Below, in pieces: positions 1 to 10,102 of a stretch of DNA of 64,000 bases. Made by a program: the position numbers and the translations under genes. Each line of letters starts with the position of its first letter. The first letter of the stretch is position 1. The notes under the pieces are model-generated. The model was not told the origin of the DNA, made no database searches, and worked only from the letters and a program-made list of their open reading frames with translations. This DNA comes from a virus. Location: IMG/VR virus record IMGVR_UViG_3300037137_001673, positions 1-64,000 of that record. One strand, given 5' to 3'.

Positions 1-1041
1 ACTCTTCAAATAGATAATTTTGAACCAGTTGAATTAATTAAAGAACAAGATGAATTTAAGGACAGACTTGTTGAATTTTTTGATGAGGATGAAGAAGTAT
101 CTGCTCATGATTTAGCGGAAACTTACAAAGACGAAGTTCTCGGACAAGAAAGATTTATAGATGAACTCATTCACGATGCCATGATAACAAAAGACTTTAC
201 TAATATAATTGATTGGAATCAAGTAAAATTAGTTAAAGAAGAAGTTGAAGTGGTAGATGAAAAGTTTTTTAAAGCTTATCAAAAAAGACTTGAAAATTAT
301 CCTTTGATGGAAGTAAAACTTTTTGATTGGGAAACTTCGGTAAATGTTTCTTTAGTAGAAACTGAAACACAAAAGATTGTAAATACAACTGCTGTTGAGA
401 AAGCTAATGAACTTTGGAAAAAAGATGATTTTAAGGCAAAGTTTTCAGGAGCTGCCGCTACTTTTATAGAAGATGTAGAAGAAGGAACAGAGGAATTAAA
501 AGAAGTTTTTGAAACTTATCCTCAAATTTATTTCTTAAGCAATGCTGATAGAAAAGCCTTGCTAGGAAAGACAATTATTACTAATAAAGAACTTAAAGAA
601 AGCATGGATATTCTATTAAAAGGAATAGATTTGCTTTTTGAAAAGTTTGATCTTGCTGACTTGAAACAAGAATATCTTGTTGATCATGGTGCTTGTCCTG
701 AAGAGGAACATGAAAAGAAAGGAAAGAAGAAGCTTAGTAAGATGTATGCAAAAGATACTGACGCTGAAAATAATTTCGAAGATCCAGAAGCTAAAGGTAA
801 ACCTTCCAAAGAAGAAGAACCAGAGGAAAAAGAACCTAAAGAAAAGAAAGAACCTGCTCTTGAACTTTCTTCCGAAGAGCTGGGAAAACTAGCTTCTGAA
901 ATAAAGAAATTAGCAGATAAAGTTGAAGATGAAGGCTTGAAAGATAAATTATTGAGCATAGCTGAAAAGCTTCATAGTGGAAAAGAAGAAGGAACTAGAC
1001 CAGATGTTGTAAAAGAAGCTGTGTCTATTCTCTCACTTTAA
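1..1041 (+). CDS. Acidic/charged putative prohead core or internal head protein (5'-truncated by window edge)
   Basis: Frame of the 181..1041 ORF stays open to base 1; E/K-rich; lies upstream of the prohead protease. Confidence 0.55.
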   Translation, partial: TLQIDNFEPVELIKEQDEFKDRLVEFFDEDEEVSAHDLAETYKDEVLGQERFIDELIHDAMITKDFTNIIDWNQVKLVKEEVEVVDEKFFKAYQKRLENYPLMEVKLFDWETSVNVSLVETETQKIVNTTAVEKANELWKKDDFKAKFSGAAATFIEDVEEGTEELKEVFETYPQIYFLSNADRKALLGKTIITNKELKESMDILLKGIDLLFEKFDLADLKQEYLVDHGACPEEEHEKKGKKKLSKMYAKDTDAENNFEDPEAKGKPSKEEEPEEKEPKEKKEPALELSSEELGKLASEIKKLADKVEDEGLKDKLLSIAEKLHSGKEEGTRPDVVKEAVSILSL

Positions 1042-1051
1042 GGAGAAAACA

Positions 1052-1525
1052 ATGAGAAAAATACTACTTAAGGAAGAATTTAGCAAAGAGCACTACAACG
1101 AAATAGCGGAACTAGCTAAAAAATATCATAATATTGAGCTTAAAAATTTAGTTTCTGATCTTGTTTCACTTGAAGAAAAAGAAAAGAAATTAGATACATT
1201 AAAATCAAAAGCTATTAATAGAGATCTTTCCGATAAAGAAGATAGAAATAAAAAAGAATATGAGCTAGCAATCTCTCACAAAAAAGATAAATTAAGAAGA
1301 GCTAATACTATAGCCCAGGAATTAAAAAAAGGAAAAGAAGAACCAGAAAAGGCTAGAGAAAAAATTGAGAAAAAAGCTGGAGCAGAGCCAGAAGTAAATC
1401 TTCGTAGAATTAGAACTATTGAGAGAGGACATGGCTTAAGATCTGAAAATTATAACTGGAAATCTAGAGTTAGATTTTATTTGTTAGGAGAAGGAATTAA
1501 ATCTTCTTCGAAAACAAGAGGCTAA
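1052..1525 (+). CDS. Hypothetical charged protein in head cluster
   Basis: AAGGAG SD; E/K-rich; L-x-E motifs like gp21 substrates. Confidence 0.55.
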   Translation: MRKILLKEEFSKEHYNEIAELAKKYHNIELKNLVSDLVSLEEKEKKLDTLKSKAINRDLSDKEDRNKKEYELAISHKKDKLRRANTIAQELKKGKEEPEKAREKIEKKAGAEPEVNLRRIRTIERGHGLRSENYNWKSRVRFYLLGEGIKSSSKTRG

Positions 1526-1527
1526 TT

Positions 1528-2121
1528 ATGGACACGACTCTTCTAGAAGATTTTAATCTTTTGGAACAATATTCAATACATAAGACTGAAAGTGCTACTC
1601 CAAATTATTATTTGCGTGGCATCTTTTCTCGTTGTGATGTTCCAAATAAAAACAAAAGAATTTATCCACGAACAGTAATGGAAGAAGCCATTAATCAAAT
1701 TCGTCCTCTTCTTGAGAAAAGAGGTCTAGTCGGTGAACTTGATCATCCTGCTACTCCAAAGATAAATGTTCGTGGAATTTCTCATGTAATAACAAAACTT
1801 GCAATGGCCCCAGATGGTGCTATTCTTGGTGAAGCAGAAGCAATAGATTCACATTTACAAAAATTAATGGATGCGCATGTTCGTCTAGGAGTTTCAACAA
1901 GAGGTCTTGGAAAAGTTGAATCTTATCATGGAAATCTTGGAGAAGGTTTTGTGCAAGTGCAACCGGGATATGAAATAAAAGCAATAGATATTGTTTTTGA
2001 TCCTTCACAAGGTTCTTTTCCAAATTATGTAAAAGAAGATGTGGAAGATCCTAAAATAATTTTAGGTTCAACCATGAAGTTTCGTAAAGTTTGGGAAGAT
2101 ATTTTTGGAGATAAAATATGA
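1528..2121 (+). CDS. gp21: Prohead core protease (T4 gp21-like)
   Basis: Motifs NKNKRIYP, GELDHP, LGVSTRGLG, AIDIVFDPS. Confidence 0.93.
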   Translation: MDTTLLEDFNLLEQYSIHKTESATPNYYLRGIFSRCDVPNKNKRIYPRTVMEEAINQIRPLLEKRGLVGELDHPATPKINVRGISHVITKLAMAPDGAILGEAEAIDSHLQKLMDAHVRLGVSTRGLGKVESYHGNLGEGFVQVQPGYEIKAIDIVFDPSQGSFPNYVKEDVEDPKIILGSTMKFRKVWEDIFGDKI

Positions 2122-2282
2122 ATATACTAGACCAAGACATGAGTTTTTTTAAAAAAGCAACTTAAAAAATTATTGATGAAACTAAAGTTTTAAATAATCC
2201 AGATGCGAAAGTAGTTTGGAAAATAGCAGAAGGAATGATGAAAGTTTTAAACAAATACAAAAATCAGTTAGGAGAGGAAAAT

Positions 2283-2921
2283 ATGAAGGTAAATAATTAT
2301 GTAAATCTTTTTGAAATGGCTAGAGCTGATCTAGAAGGAGTAGTTGAAGTTGTAAAGTCTGGAGACTTTGATAAGGCTGCTTCTATGTATATTTCAAAAG
2401 CAAAAGCTAGAGGCTTAGATGCTAAGAAAGTAGTTATTGGACTCGGTTCAACATTTAGAAATTATGAAGATATGGGAACTGAAGAAATTAAACAACTTAA
2501 AGATAAAATAAAAGAAAAGCTGGGTGGAGAACTTCCTGAAAAAAAAGAAAAGAAAACTGCCGAAAAGAAAGAATCTTCTCCAGAAGAAAGAAAAGTACAT
2601 GCAGCAACTATTAAAACAGGAGCAGCTAAAAAAAAGGCTGAACTTATAAAAAAGCCAAAAGAAGCAGAGATGACAACTGAATCTTCTCAAGTGGCAAGGG
2701 GAAAAAGAATGAACTTAAGAGATGAAATTTTGTATAGGTCTGGAATGCTTCCTGAAGGTACTTACAAAAGAGATATAGAAGAAGGAATTGCAGGATCAGA
2801 GGGAGATCAAGCTGTAGCTGGAAATAAAGACGAGAAAAAGAAAAAGAAAGGCAAAAAAATAACTAAAAAAGTAGAAAAAGAAACAGATAGTGTATTATTT
2901 GCTAAGAGCAAAAAAGATTAA
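2283..2921 (+). CDS. Lys/Glu-rich putative internal head protein
   Basis: GGAGAGG SD before ATG 2283 (ORF track starts 2235); between gp21 and gp22. Confidence 0.55.
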   Translation: MKVNNYVNLFEMARADLEGVVEVVKSGDFDKAASMYISKAKARGLDAKKVVIGLGSTFRNYEDMGTEEIKQLKDKIKEKLGGELPEKKEKKTAEKKESSPEERKVHAATIKTGAAKKKAELIKKPKEAEMTTESSQVARGKRMNLRDEILYRSGMLPEGTYKRDIEEGIAGSEGDQAVAGNKDEKKKKKGKKITKKVEKETDSVLFAKSKKD

Positions 2922-3035
2922 ATAAAAGTAAAAGGTGTATTTTTTCGATATTGAAAAGATAATTTGGATGTTATCTCTCTTAATGAAGAGACCCACCTTT
3001 TAAACTATGTTAAAAATCAATATTGGAGGATTTAT

Positions 3036-3860
3036 ATGGCAGAAAACATGGAGAATATACTAGACAGAGACTTGGATTCTAATGAGGAACAAGCTATTAG
3101 AGAATCTCTTGAAACTTGGAGAGAAGAAGTCTATAACCAGCTTCTTGAAGAAGTTGAGCAACTTAAAGAAAGTAAACTTGAAGAGTTAGAAGAAGCAAAT
3201 GTCGAATTTAGGGAAACACTTAAAGAAGAATATGCTGATAAGATGATAAAAGCTCTTAATGAAATGAAAGAAGAACTTAGAGCAGAGGTTCTTTCAGAGG
3301 TTTATGAAAATAATCCTGAATTACAGATTCTAGAAAAAATTAAGGAAATTATAGCTCCTACTCTTAATGAAGAGTATCTAGGTAATGTATATGCTCAAGA
3401 GTTACAAACTCTTAAGGAAGAAAATATAGCACTTAAAGAACGAATGAGATTGGAAGAAGGAGCAAAGACATTAGCAGAACTCATTTCTCCTTATTCTGAA
3501 AAAACTCAAAATATTCTTCTTTCTTTAATAAAAGAAGGTGGTCCGGAAGAAGTTGCCGAACAATTTTATAATTTAATAGAAAATCTTGAATCTTTGGAAG
3601 AAGAAGACGAAGTTGAAGAAGACGAAGAGGACGAAGAAGAAGACGAAGAGGACGAAGAAGACGAAGAAGAAGAAGAAGAAGAAGAAGAAGAAGAAGAAGA
3701 CGAAAACGAAGAAGATGAAAACGAAGAAGAAGCCTCCGAGTCAACTGAAGAAGATTTTGAAACTTATATTAAAGAAGAAGTTCAAGGTGAAGAAAAACCA
3801 GCTGCTAAGAAAGGTAAATCTTTAAAAGACGAAATGAATAGACTAGCTGGTAATAAGTAA
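3036..3860 (+). CDS. gp22: Prohead scaffolding protein (gp22-like), coiled coil with acidic tract
   Basis: GGAGGA SD at ~3025; Glu-rich coiled coil; directly upstream of major capsid gene. Confidence 0.75.
   Translation: MAENMENILDRDLDSNEEQAIRESLETWREEVYNQLLEEVEQLKESKLEELEEANVEFRETLKEEYADKMIKALNEMKEELRAEVLSEVYENNPELQILEKIKEIIAPTLNEEYLGNVYAQELQTLKEENIALKERMRLEEGAKTLAELISPYSEKTQNILLSLIKEGGPEEVAEQFYNLIENLESLEEEDEVEEDEEDEEEDEEDEEDEEEEEEEEEEEEDENEEDENEEEASESTEEDFETYIKEEVQGEEKPAAKKGKSLKDEMNRLAGNK
3596..3731 (+). repeat. GAA/GAC trinucleotide tract encoding poly-Glu/Asp
   Basis: Visible (GAA)n run inside the scaffold gene. Confidence 0.9.
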
Positions 3861-3931
3861 AGGCATTTTTTATCGTTCTGTAAAGATAAAAAAGTGACTT
3901 ATAATTTTTTACATAAAAATGGAGGGACTCT

Positions 3932-5482
3932 ATGTATATAGATAAAGAAACAAGGATTCAACAGGAAAAAGATTTAGTCAATAGGTGGGAATGGCTCACT
4001 GATGGTGTTGATGACTATGAACAAAAGTTGAATACTTCTATTATTCTTGAAAATTCATATGACACAATGATTTCTGAGGGTCAAGTTACTGATGGTTGGC
4101 TAGAGTCAACAATTCTTAATGAAGATCTTCTTACCGAAGCTCCAACTATTAGTACGAGCTCTGGTTCAAATCTAATTCCAAAGGTTTTGTTTCCAATTAT
4201 TAGGCGTGTATATCCATCACTTATAGCAAATAAACTTGTTTCAGTACAACCAATTCAGGCTAGAACAGGTGTTATTTACTACATGATTTATACATTTACT
4301 AATACTAAGGGTGAAATAACAGCTGCTGATGAATATACTGGTGTAGGACAACAGGGTCTTCCTGCTTATGCCTCTTGGTATTCTGCTGAAAAACTTGGAC
4401 CATATACTGGAACAATAAGTACAACTGTTGGAGATTCAACTCACATTGCTACAGCTTCTGCTGCTACTTTCTTTGCTTATACCGCTGATACGGTAACTTT
4501 AAAGAGAATAGAAGTTTATAATACTAACCTTGGTTCAGCTTTTACTACAGCTACATGTTCTCTTGTCCAGAACGGACAAATTCAGGTTTGGTCAAACACC
4601 AACCTTGTTGGGAAAAATGTTTACTATGATATTGCTGGAAATATAGTATTGCGAAGATGCGCAGATTCAACTTCTGCTACAGCCTCTGTTCCTTGGAGAC
4701 CTGGACAATCAGTTGTTGCTTATATAGTATACAATCAAGAATCTAGTGTTAAAATTCCTGAAATGGAATTCAGCATTGGTTCAGATACAGTAGATACTAC
4801 TGAGCGTAAATTAAAGATCAGATGGACAAAGGAAGCCGAACAAGACATGAAGGCTTATCACAAGATTGATGTAGAAAGCGAACTTGTGAAAATGGCCTCT
4901 ATGGAAATGAATTATGAAATTGACCGTGAAATTATTCAGTTCACAGGCGACCAAGTTGTATCCGATCTATCCGTTGTCCATGACTGGACAGCAGATTCTC
5001 CTAATACAGGAAATAACTCAGCTGGTAACTATCTTGATAGACACCGAGCATTGACTCAAAAAATTTATCAAGTATCAGCAAAAATCGCACAGTATAACCG
5101 TTTGGGACCTGCTTCTTGGGCAGTTGTATCACCACAGGTTGCTGCACTTCTATCAATGCTACCTGATTTCAAGGGAGAAATAGCTGGTGGAACATTCGCA
5201 GTGTTTGAGGCTGGACAACTTGGAAGTGGTTTGAAGATTTTTGTAGACCCTAACAGATTTGGTACAGTTGCTAATGAAATCTTACTTGGATATAAGAATT
5301 CTAACACAACTTACGGAGCTGGAGTTGTATATGCACCATATACTAACTGGATTTCAGGACTTGTAACTGATCCTAATAGCTTTAACTCTGTCCGTGGATT
5401 CTTCACAAGGTACGCCTTAAAGAAGGTTCCTCGTGGTCAGTGGTTCTACGGAAAAGTAAGTCTCTTAAATTATGGAATTTAA
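3932..5482 (+). CDS. gp23: Major capsid protein (T4 gp23-like) with Ser/Thr-rich insertion
   Basis: PIIRRVYPSLIANKLVSVQP, RKLKIRWTKEAEQD, EIDREII, YAPY, TRYA; LLTE/A candidate gp21 cleavage site. Confidence 0.96.
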   Translation: MYIDKETRIQQEKDLVNRWEWLTDGVDDYEQKLNTSIILENSYDTMISEGQVTDGWLESTILNEDLLTEAPTISTSSGSNLIPKVLFPIIRRVYPSLIANKLVSVQPIQARTGVIYYMIYTFTNTKGEITAADEYTGVGQQGLPAYASWYSAEKLGPYTGTISTTVGDSTHIATASAATFFAYTADTVTLKRIEVYNTNLGSAFTTATCSLVQNGQIQVWSNTNLVGKNVYYDIAGNIVLRRCADSTSATASVPWRPGQSVVAYIVYNQESSVKIPEMEFSIGSDTVDTTERKLKIRWTKEAEQDMKAYHKIDVESELVKMASMEMNYEIDREIIQFTGDQVVSDLSVVHDWTADSPNTGNNSAGNYLDRHRALTQKIYQVSAKIAQYNRLGPASWAVVSPQVAALLSMLPDFKGEIAGGTFAVFEAGQLGSGLKIFVDPNRFGTVANEILLGYKNSNTTYGAGVVYAPYTNWISGLVTDPNSFNSVRGFFTRYALKKVPRGQWFYGKVSLLNYGI

Positions 5483-5497
5483 TTACGGAGTTTAGTT

Positions 5498-5532
5498 AAA
5501 AAAAATAGCCCGCAGAAATGCGGGCTTTTTTT
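5498..5532. terminator. Bidirectional intrinsic terminator
   Basis: A-run, AGCCCGCA-GAAA-TGCGGGCT, T-run between convergent genes. Confidence 0.9.
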
Positions 5533-6019
5533 AGTAAATAGGTTTGTTCTTTTCTTTGTTTTCTTTATTTTTTTCGTGATGAAGACCATAATGACAATTA
5601 GGGCAGAGAAGATCGCATTTTTCTATTTCTTCTTTTAAGTGTTCTATACTAACTCCCAAATTAGCTACATTTCCTATATCAAATTTTTTGTTAGTTTCAT
5701 CTCTATGATGAAAATGTAATATTTGAGGCATTTTATTATAACCACAAATAGAACAACTTTTTCCTTCTTTAAAGCTTTCTCTTATTCTTGTTAGCTCTTC
5801 ATATCTTTCTTTTCTTTGTGCCATTGCTTCTTTAATATGTGCTCTATACCATCTTTTACATTTTAATTTATATTTTTCTGGGTTGTCAATTTCCCATTTT
5901 CTAGCATGAGCACGATTGCATTCTTTACATATTGTATCATATCCAAGATGCATCTTTTTGTGCTTAGTAAATTCTTCCAGTTCTTTTTCTTGTTTACAAA
6001 CTCTACAAATTCTTTTCAT
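5531..6019 (-). CDS. HNH homing endonuclease with Zn fingers
   Basis: CxxC motifs, CSICGY, LHFHHRD, LLCPNCH. Confidence 0.85.
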   Translation of the reverse strand: MKRICRVCKQEKELEEFTKHKKMHLGYDTICKECNRAHARKWEIDNPEKYKLKCKRWYRAHIKEAMAQRKERYEELTRIRESFKEGKSCSICGYNKMPQILHFHHRDETNKKFDIGNVANLGVSIEHLKEEIEKCDLLCPNCHYGLHHEKNKENKEKNKPIY

Positions 6020-6087
6020 TTCATACTCCGTAATTTATTTTAAACTACGGATTGAATTTTGTCAATAAAAAAAGCCCCGAAGAGCTT

Positions 6088-6363
6088 TTATTTCTTTATT
6101 CTTTTGAAAATATATTCATTCCCATCAACTTTAGTTGTACTAAAAAGTTTTTCTGGGTCAGGTCCTGTAGCCTTAGTTATTGAAACAAGCTCCCACTTAT
6201 CTTTTGATAATTCATTCAATTCTTGCTCGGAAATTGTTCCTCTTCCATTAATAAAAATTGAATTACTATCGGTAATTCCTTTGAATACTGTTTTATATTC
6301 AAACTCTTTAGCACAACTAACTATTAAAAGAAACGCAAGAATAATTAAAAGTATTTTTTTCAT
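6088..6363 (-). CDS. Small lipoprotein, DUF4177-like
   Basis: MKK-hydrophobic-VSC lipobox; LNELSKDKWELVS motif. Confidence 0.6.
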   Translation of the reverse strand: MKKILLIILAFLLIVSCAKEFEYKTVFKGITDSNSIFINGRGTISEQELNELSKDKWELVSITKATGPDPEKLFSTTKVDGNEYIFKRIKK

Positions 6364-6675
6364 TTATTTCTCCTGCTTTTCGAAAGTGTCTCTCAATAAA
6401 TTCCAGTATTGAGTACCTCTAGAAGCGAATCTAAAAAGATCAATTTTTCTATTTTCTGAAATATAAATGTTTTCTTTATCTTTAAAATAGATAAGTTGAG
6501 CGCTATTTCCAAGAACATCTGTCAACTTTAATTTTGACTTCTTAGCCATTTCTTTTGCTAGATGATCTACGTCTTTGCTAGGAGCATATTCTATTCTATT
6601 TTCATAAAGAAGAATAATTCCTTCTTGAATGAAATTTTTGTCAAATTCTTCGCGTTTTTTAAACTGAATTTTCAT
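6364..6675 (-). CDS. Hypothetical protein
   Basis: Packed in minus-strand operon. Confidence 0.55.
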   Translation of the reverse strand: MKIQFKKREEFDKNFIQEGIILLYENRIEYAPSKDVDHLAKEMAKKSKLKLTDVLGNSAQLIYFKDKENIYISENRKIDLFRFASRGTQYWNLLRDTFEKQEK

Positions 6676-6684
6676 TTAAATTAT

Positions 6685-7077
6685 TTATGACTTAATTTCT
6701 GCAGTATCAAAATCTACTTGATTGTAATATTTCTTTATAAGATCAACAGAAGTATTAATTACATCTTCGAAGTTTCCATCTAATTCTTTGAAGAATTCGT
6801 AATTTTTACCATTACTATTTTCAAGTTCTTCAATATTATCAAGGGTAATAGTTTTACCTTTTATGTCAACGCTTTCTTTAAAGAAAATCATTTTCCAAAT
6901 ATCTTTTCGAGAATCTTCTTTGTTATCATCAACGAGAAGAAAAGCGATATTGAAACCTTCTGGTGAATACCCAATTTCAAAATCATATTTTTCTTTAATT
7001 GCAGATTCTAGATTCTTGTTAGGAAAAGGAATTATCTCCTCAGATTCTTTTTTTGTGAAAACCAATTCTCTTTTCAT
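6685..7077 (-). CDS. Hypothetical protein
   Basis: GAGGA SD, downstream of sigma70-type promoter. Confidence 0.6.
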   Translation of the reverse strand: MKRELVFTKKESEEIIPFPNKNLESAIKEKYDFEIGYSPEGFNIAFLLVDDNKEDSRKDIWKMIFFKESVDIKGKTITLDNIEELENSNGKNYEFFKELDGNFEDVINTSVDLIKKYYNQVDFDTAEIKS

Positions 7078-7100
7078 TTCTATATTATTCCTCTTCTTTC

Positions 7101-7129
7101 ATTATAAGATATTTTTTGTTTTTTGTAAA
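7101..7129 (-). promoter_or_regulatory. Sigma70-type promoter
   Basis: TTTACA-17-TATAAT on minus strand. Confidence 0.75.
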
Positions 7130-7329
7130 GTTATAAGTTCGATGATTCACTTATTATAGATTTTGTTCCTAAAAGTATTCGGTTGCTTATATGTTTTTTT
7201 TTCCAATTCCCTGGAAAAAATTTATCATTACTTTCTAGAATTGAAGCTTTAAAAACTGAATTACTATTAGCAGAATCATAATCTACTAATATCCAAAGAT
7301 TATCATGATTTAAGCTTCTTGCAAATTTT

Positions 7330-8544
7330 CTATAATACATAAGCTTTAGTATCTTTTGGTTTTTCGCCTTTAAGTGTTCCTGTAAGTTTATCTACTATTA
7401 TCTTTGTTAAGATAGTTTTGAAAAAACTTTTCCTTTTTTCTAAATCATAAGAAGGTATCATTGATGGAAGCTCAAAAGCATTATTGAATTTATAAATATT
7501 TATGTCGTCGCAAATTCCCTTTAGAACTGCATAAGAAATATCACAATTTTTTTCTTTAACAGTTTCGTAAATAAAATTTCTAGTCACTTCATCAAATTCT
7601 GGAAGGTAGATTACAAAAAATTGTTTTATATTTTCTTCTTTTGGTAATTCATATTGAATTACAGTATCAATTCTTCCTGGCCTTACAAAAGCACTATCAA
7701 AATTATTTATATGATTAGTTGTAAAAATAGAAACTACATCTTTTATTTCATCAATACCTTCAAGAATATTAAGAATGCTAGATAAAACAGAATTTGGAGT
7801 ATCTCCAGTTTTTTTTCTATCTAAAAGCATTGCATCAAAATCCTCAAAAACAAATATTTTTTTATCGGATGAGTAGTATCTTTCTTTTTCTTCAGCAAAT
7901 TCTTTTGGACTATGAAAGATATGAAATTCAATTTTATTTTTTAATGCCTGTTCTTTTAACCATCTTAAAGAAAGTGTTTTTCCGGTTCCGGGATGCCCAG
8001 TCAAAATTATTCCACGCTTAAGAGGTATTCTGTGTTCCAGACAGAATTTTCTAAAATCTTCATTTAAAAGAAAGTCAATTGTGTGTTTCTTTAGGTAATC
8101 AAAATCTAATCCAATGATTGGAAGATTGACTGAGGTAAAGTTTGCCTTTTCCTGTCGAATATGAAGTTCTTTAAGTATCCATTCCATTTCTTCAAATTTT
8201 GCAATTATGAAGTCGTAGGTGCGCTCGCGCGTGAATGGAGTAATGATCTTAAGAAATGTTTTATTACCAAGATGACAGATGTTGCAATCAGTAAGAAGTT
8301 CTTTTTCCAAAGAAAAATCTTGGTAAATAAGAACCTTTATTTCATTTGAGTAATTCAGACTAGGAACTTTAACTGGAAAGATTTTATCTACAAAGTTTTC
8401 ACTATTGGCAAAAAAACTTACTGCAACTTTATTTGTTCCTAGTGTTTCTTTAATGAATTCTTTGTAACTTTTTATTACAAAATACATTTCGTCGTTGTTA
8501 TAGTTTTCCATATTTTCCTTATTCATAAATAATTGCATTTGCAT
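7330..8544 (-). CDS. AAA+ ATPase
   Basis: Walker A GHPGTGKT, Walker B VFEDFD, FTTN, SAFVRPGRID. Confidence 0.9.
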   Translation of the reverse strand: MQMQLFMNKENMENYNNDEMYFVIKSYKEFIKETLGTNKVAVSFFANSENFVDKIFPVKVPSLNYSNEIKVLIYQDFSLEKELLTDCNICHLGNKTFLKIITPFTRERTYDFIIAKFEEMEWILKELHIRQEKANFTSVNLPIIGLDFDYLKKHTIDFLLNEDFRKFCLEHRIPLKRGIILTGHPGTGKTLSLRWLKEQALKNKIEFHIFHSPKEFAEEKERYYSSDKKIFVFEDFDAMLLDRKKTGDTPNSVLSSILNILEGIDEIKDVVSIFTTNHINNFDSAFVRPGRIDTVIQYELPKEENIKQFFVIYLPEFDEVTRNFIYETVKEKNCDISYAVLKGICDDINIYKFNNAFELPSMIPSYDLEKRKSFFKTILTKIIVDKLTGTLKGEKPKDTKAYVL

Positions 8545-10102
8545 CTTTATATAAGCAGTCAGTTGTTCTTGTAAAAAATAAAATGTTATTAGGACATTCT
8601 TTATATATTCCTAAATCTTTTATTTTCAGTTTTCCAAAGAATTGCCCATCTGTTAAAAATATTAAAAATGGAAGTTTCTTTTTATCAGGAATAACAAAGT
8701 TTATATCTTTCTCTTTTACATGAAAGTGTTCGTTTTTCTTTTCAAATATTTTATCAAAATATTGAAAAACTACTTGTGGAGTGGTTCCTCCTCCACCTCT
8801 TACTTTCTTTTTTCCAGAATTATATTTTTTCCAGTCTTGATGTTTATATTCTTCAAGGTTGCTAGTTATTTGCGTATCCCATTGAAGTGCGAGAACAGAT
8901 CCTGTTTTGGAAAATGAAAGCCATTTTGCCATTCCTTCAATTTCGGTAAAAAAAACTTCAAGTTCATCCTGTGACCCAAAGATACTTCCACTAGTGTCGA
9001 TTGCGAGGATGATATAGCTTTGCTGTTTGCAAATAGTTTCGATATGATGCTTACATAATATTCCATAACGACTCTTTGGGTTCCACGGATAAGTAATAAA
9101 GCTTTTCTTGTTTTCTTTTTTGCTAGAATTACGAGAAAAATATAAATTTAAATGTCTATTGAGAACACTTTTCCAATTTACTTTTGGTACTAGTAGTTTT
9201 TCGATAGTTTTTGTAAATCCACCAATTTCATTGCCAGCTACTTGTGGTAGATGTTTTTCCATTTCTTTGGCTTGCTGTACTAATTTTCTAGTGAAAATTT
9301 CAGATTCTATTTTTGTTTCTTCTGCTTCTTCCGTATTTTCATGAGGATTCATGATTGTTTGGTCTTCTGCTTCATCTCCATGATAAGCGTCTTCACCAAA
9401 TACTACAGGAGTAAGTTCTTTTGTTTTATATTGTTCTTTGTTTCCATGATTTTTTTTATTTTTTAGGTCATTAAACATTTCTTCTTTTGTCATGGTGTCA
9501 ATAGTATAATTTCCTTTTTCTATACCATCTATACGACCATATTTATCAGTTCCATTTACATGAATATAGCTTCCTATTTTCATAAGTTGTTTTTTTAAAT
9601 CTTCGTATTGCTGTCTAGCTTTTTCCAGAAGCCAGAAATAAAGTCTTTTTGTAGAAAAGGCATCTTTTCCTAGTCCAGAGTTTTCAGATTTAAATTCATT
9701 TGGAATTATAGCAGTTCCTTTAATAATTTCAGGTTTTAAATTATATGAAACATTCATTTTAGAAAGTTCTTCATTTATAATAGCATCCATTGCTATATTT
9801 AATAATTTTGGATTTGTTTTAAAATCTCTATAAATTTCAAGATGCTTTTTAAATATGTGAGACGCTTCATGAAGGAGTATAAAATAAATTTGATTTATGC
9901 TGAACTTATTAAAAATTTCTGGATCATAAATAAACTTAATTCTTTTATTTACAAAGGTGACAGCTGCTAGACCATTAACTTTTTCCATAAGTTTTTCTTC
10001 AGGAATAAAATCTGTGTTGATAATAAATAAATAAACTAGTGGTTCCTTATCCATAAGAAACATTGCTAATTTAGAAATTATCTCTGGTCTTTGGTTTGTC
10101 AT
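8519..10102 (-). CDS. HExxH metallopeptidase plus vWA domain protein (DUF2201-like)
   Basis: LLHEASH, NIAMDAIIN, MIDAS IDTSGS, GGGGT, LTDG. Confidence 0.85.
   Translation of the reverse strand: MTNQRPEIISKLAMFLMDKEPLVYLFIINTDFIPEEKLMEKVNGLAAVTFVNKRIKFIYDPEIFNKFSINQIYFILLHEASHIFKKHLEIYRDFKTNPKLLNIAMDAIINEELSKMNVSYNLKPEIIKGTAIIPNEFKSENSGLGKDAFSTKRLYFWLLEKARQQYEDLKKQLMKIGSYIHVNGTDKYGRIDGIEKGNYTIDTMTKEEMFNDLKNKKNHGNKEQYKTKELTPVVFGEDAYHGDEAEDQTIMNPHENTEEAEETKIESEIFTRKLVQQAKEMEKHLPQVAGNEIGGFTKTIEKLLVPKVNWKSVLNRHLNLYFSRNSSKKENKKSFITYPWNPKSRYGILCKHHIETICKQQSYIILAIDTSGSIFGSQDELEVFFTEIEGMAKWLSFSKTGSVLALQWDTQITSNLEEYKHQDWKKYNSGKKKVRGGGGTTPQVVFQYFDKIFEKKNEHFHVKEKDINFVIPDKKKLPFLIFLTDGQFFGKLKIKDLGIYKECPNNILFFTRTTDCLYKDANAIIYE

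Noticed and set aside
3481-3825. Poly-Leu/Arg and poly-Lys ORFs
   Set aside because: Shadow frames of the GAA tract in the scaffold gene.
5481-6035. 11-bp inverted repeat AATTACGGAGT flanking the HNH gene as transposon ends
   Set aside because: Short, no target-site duplication or transposase, and the right copy is explained by the RBS hairpin.
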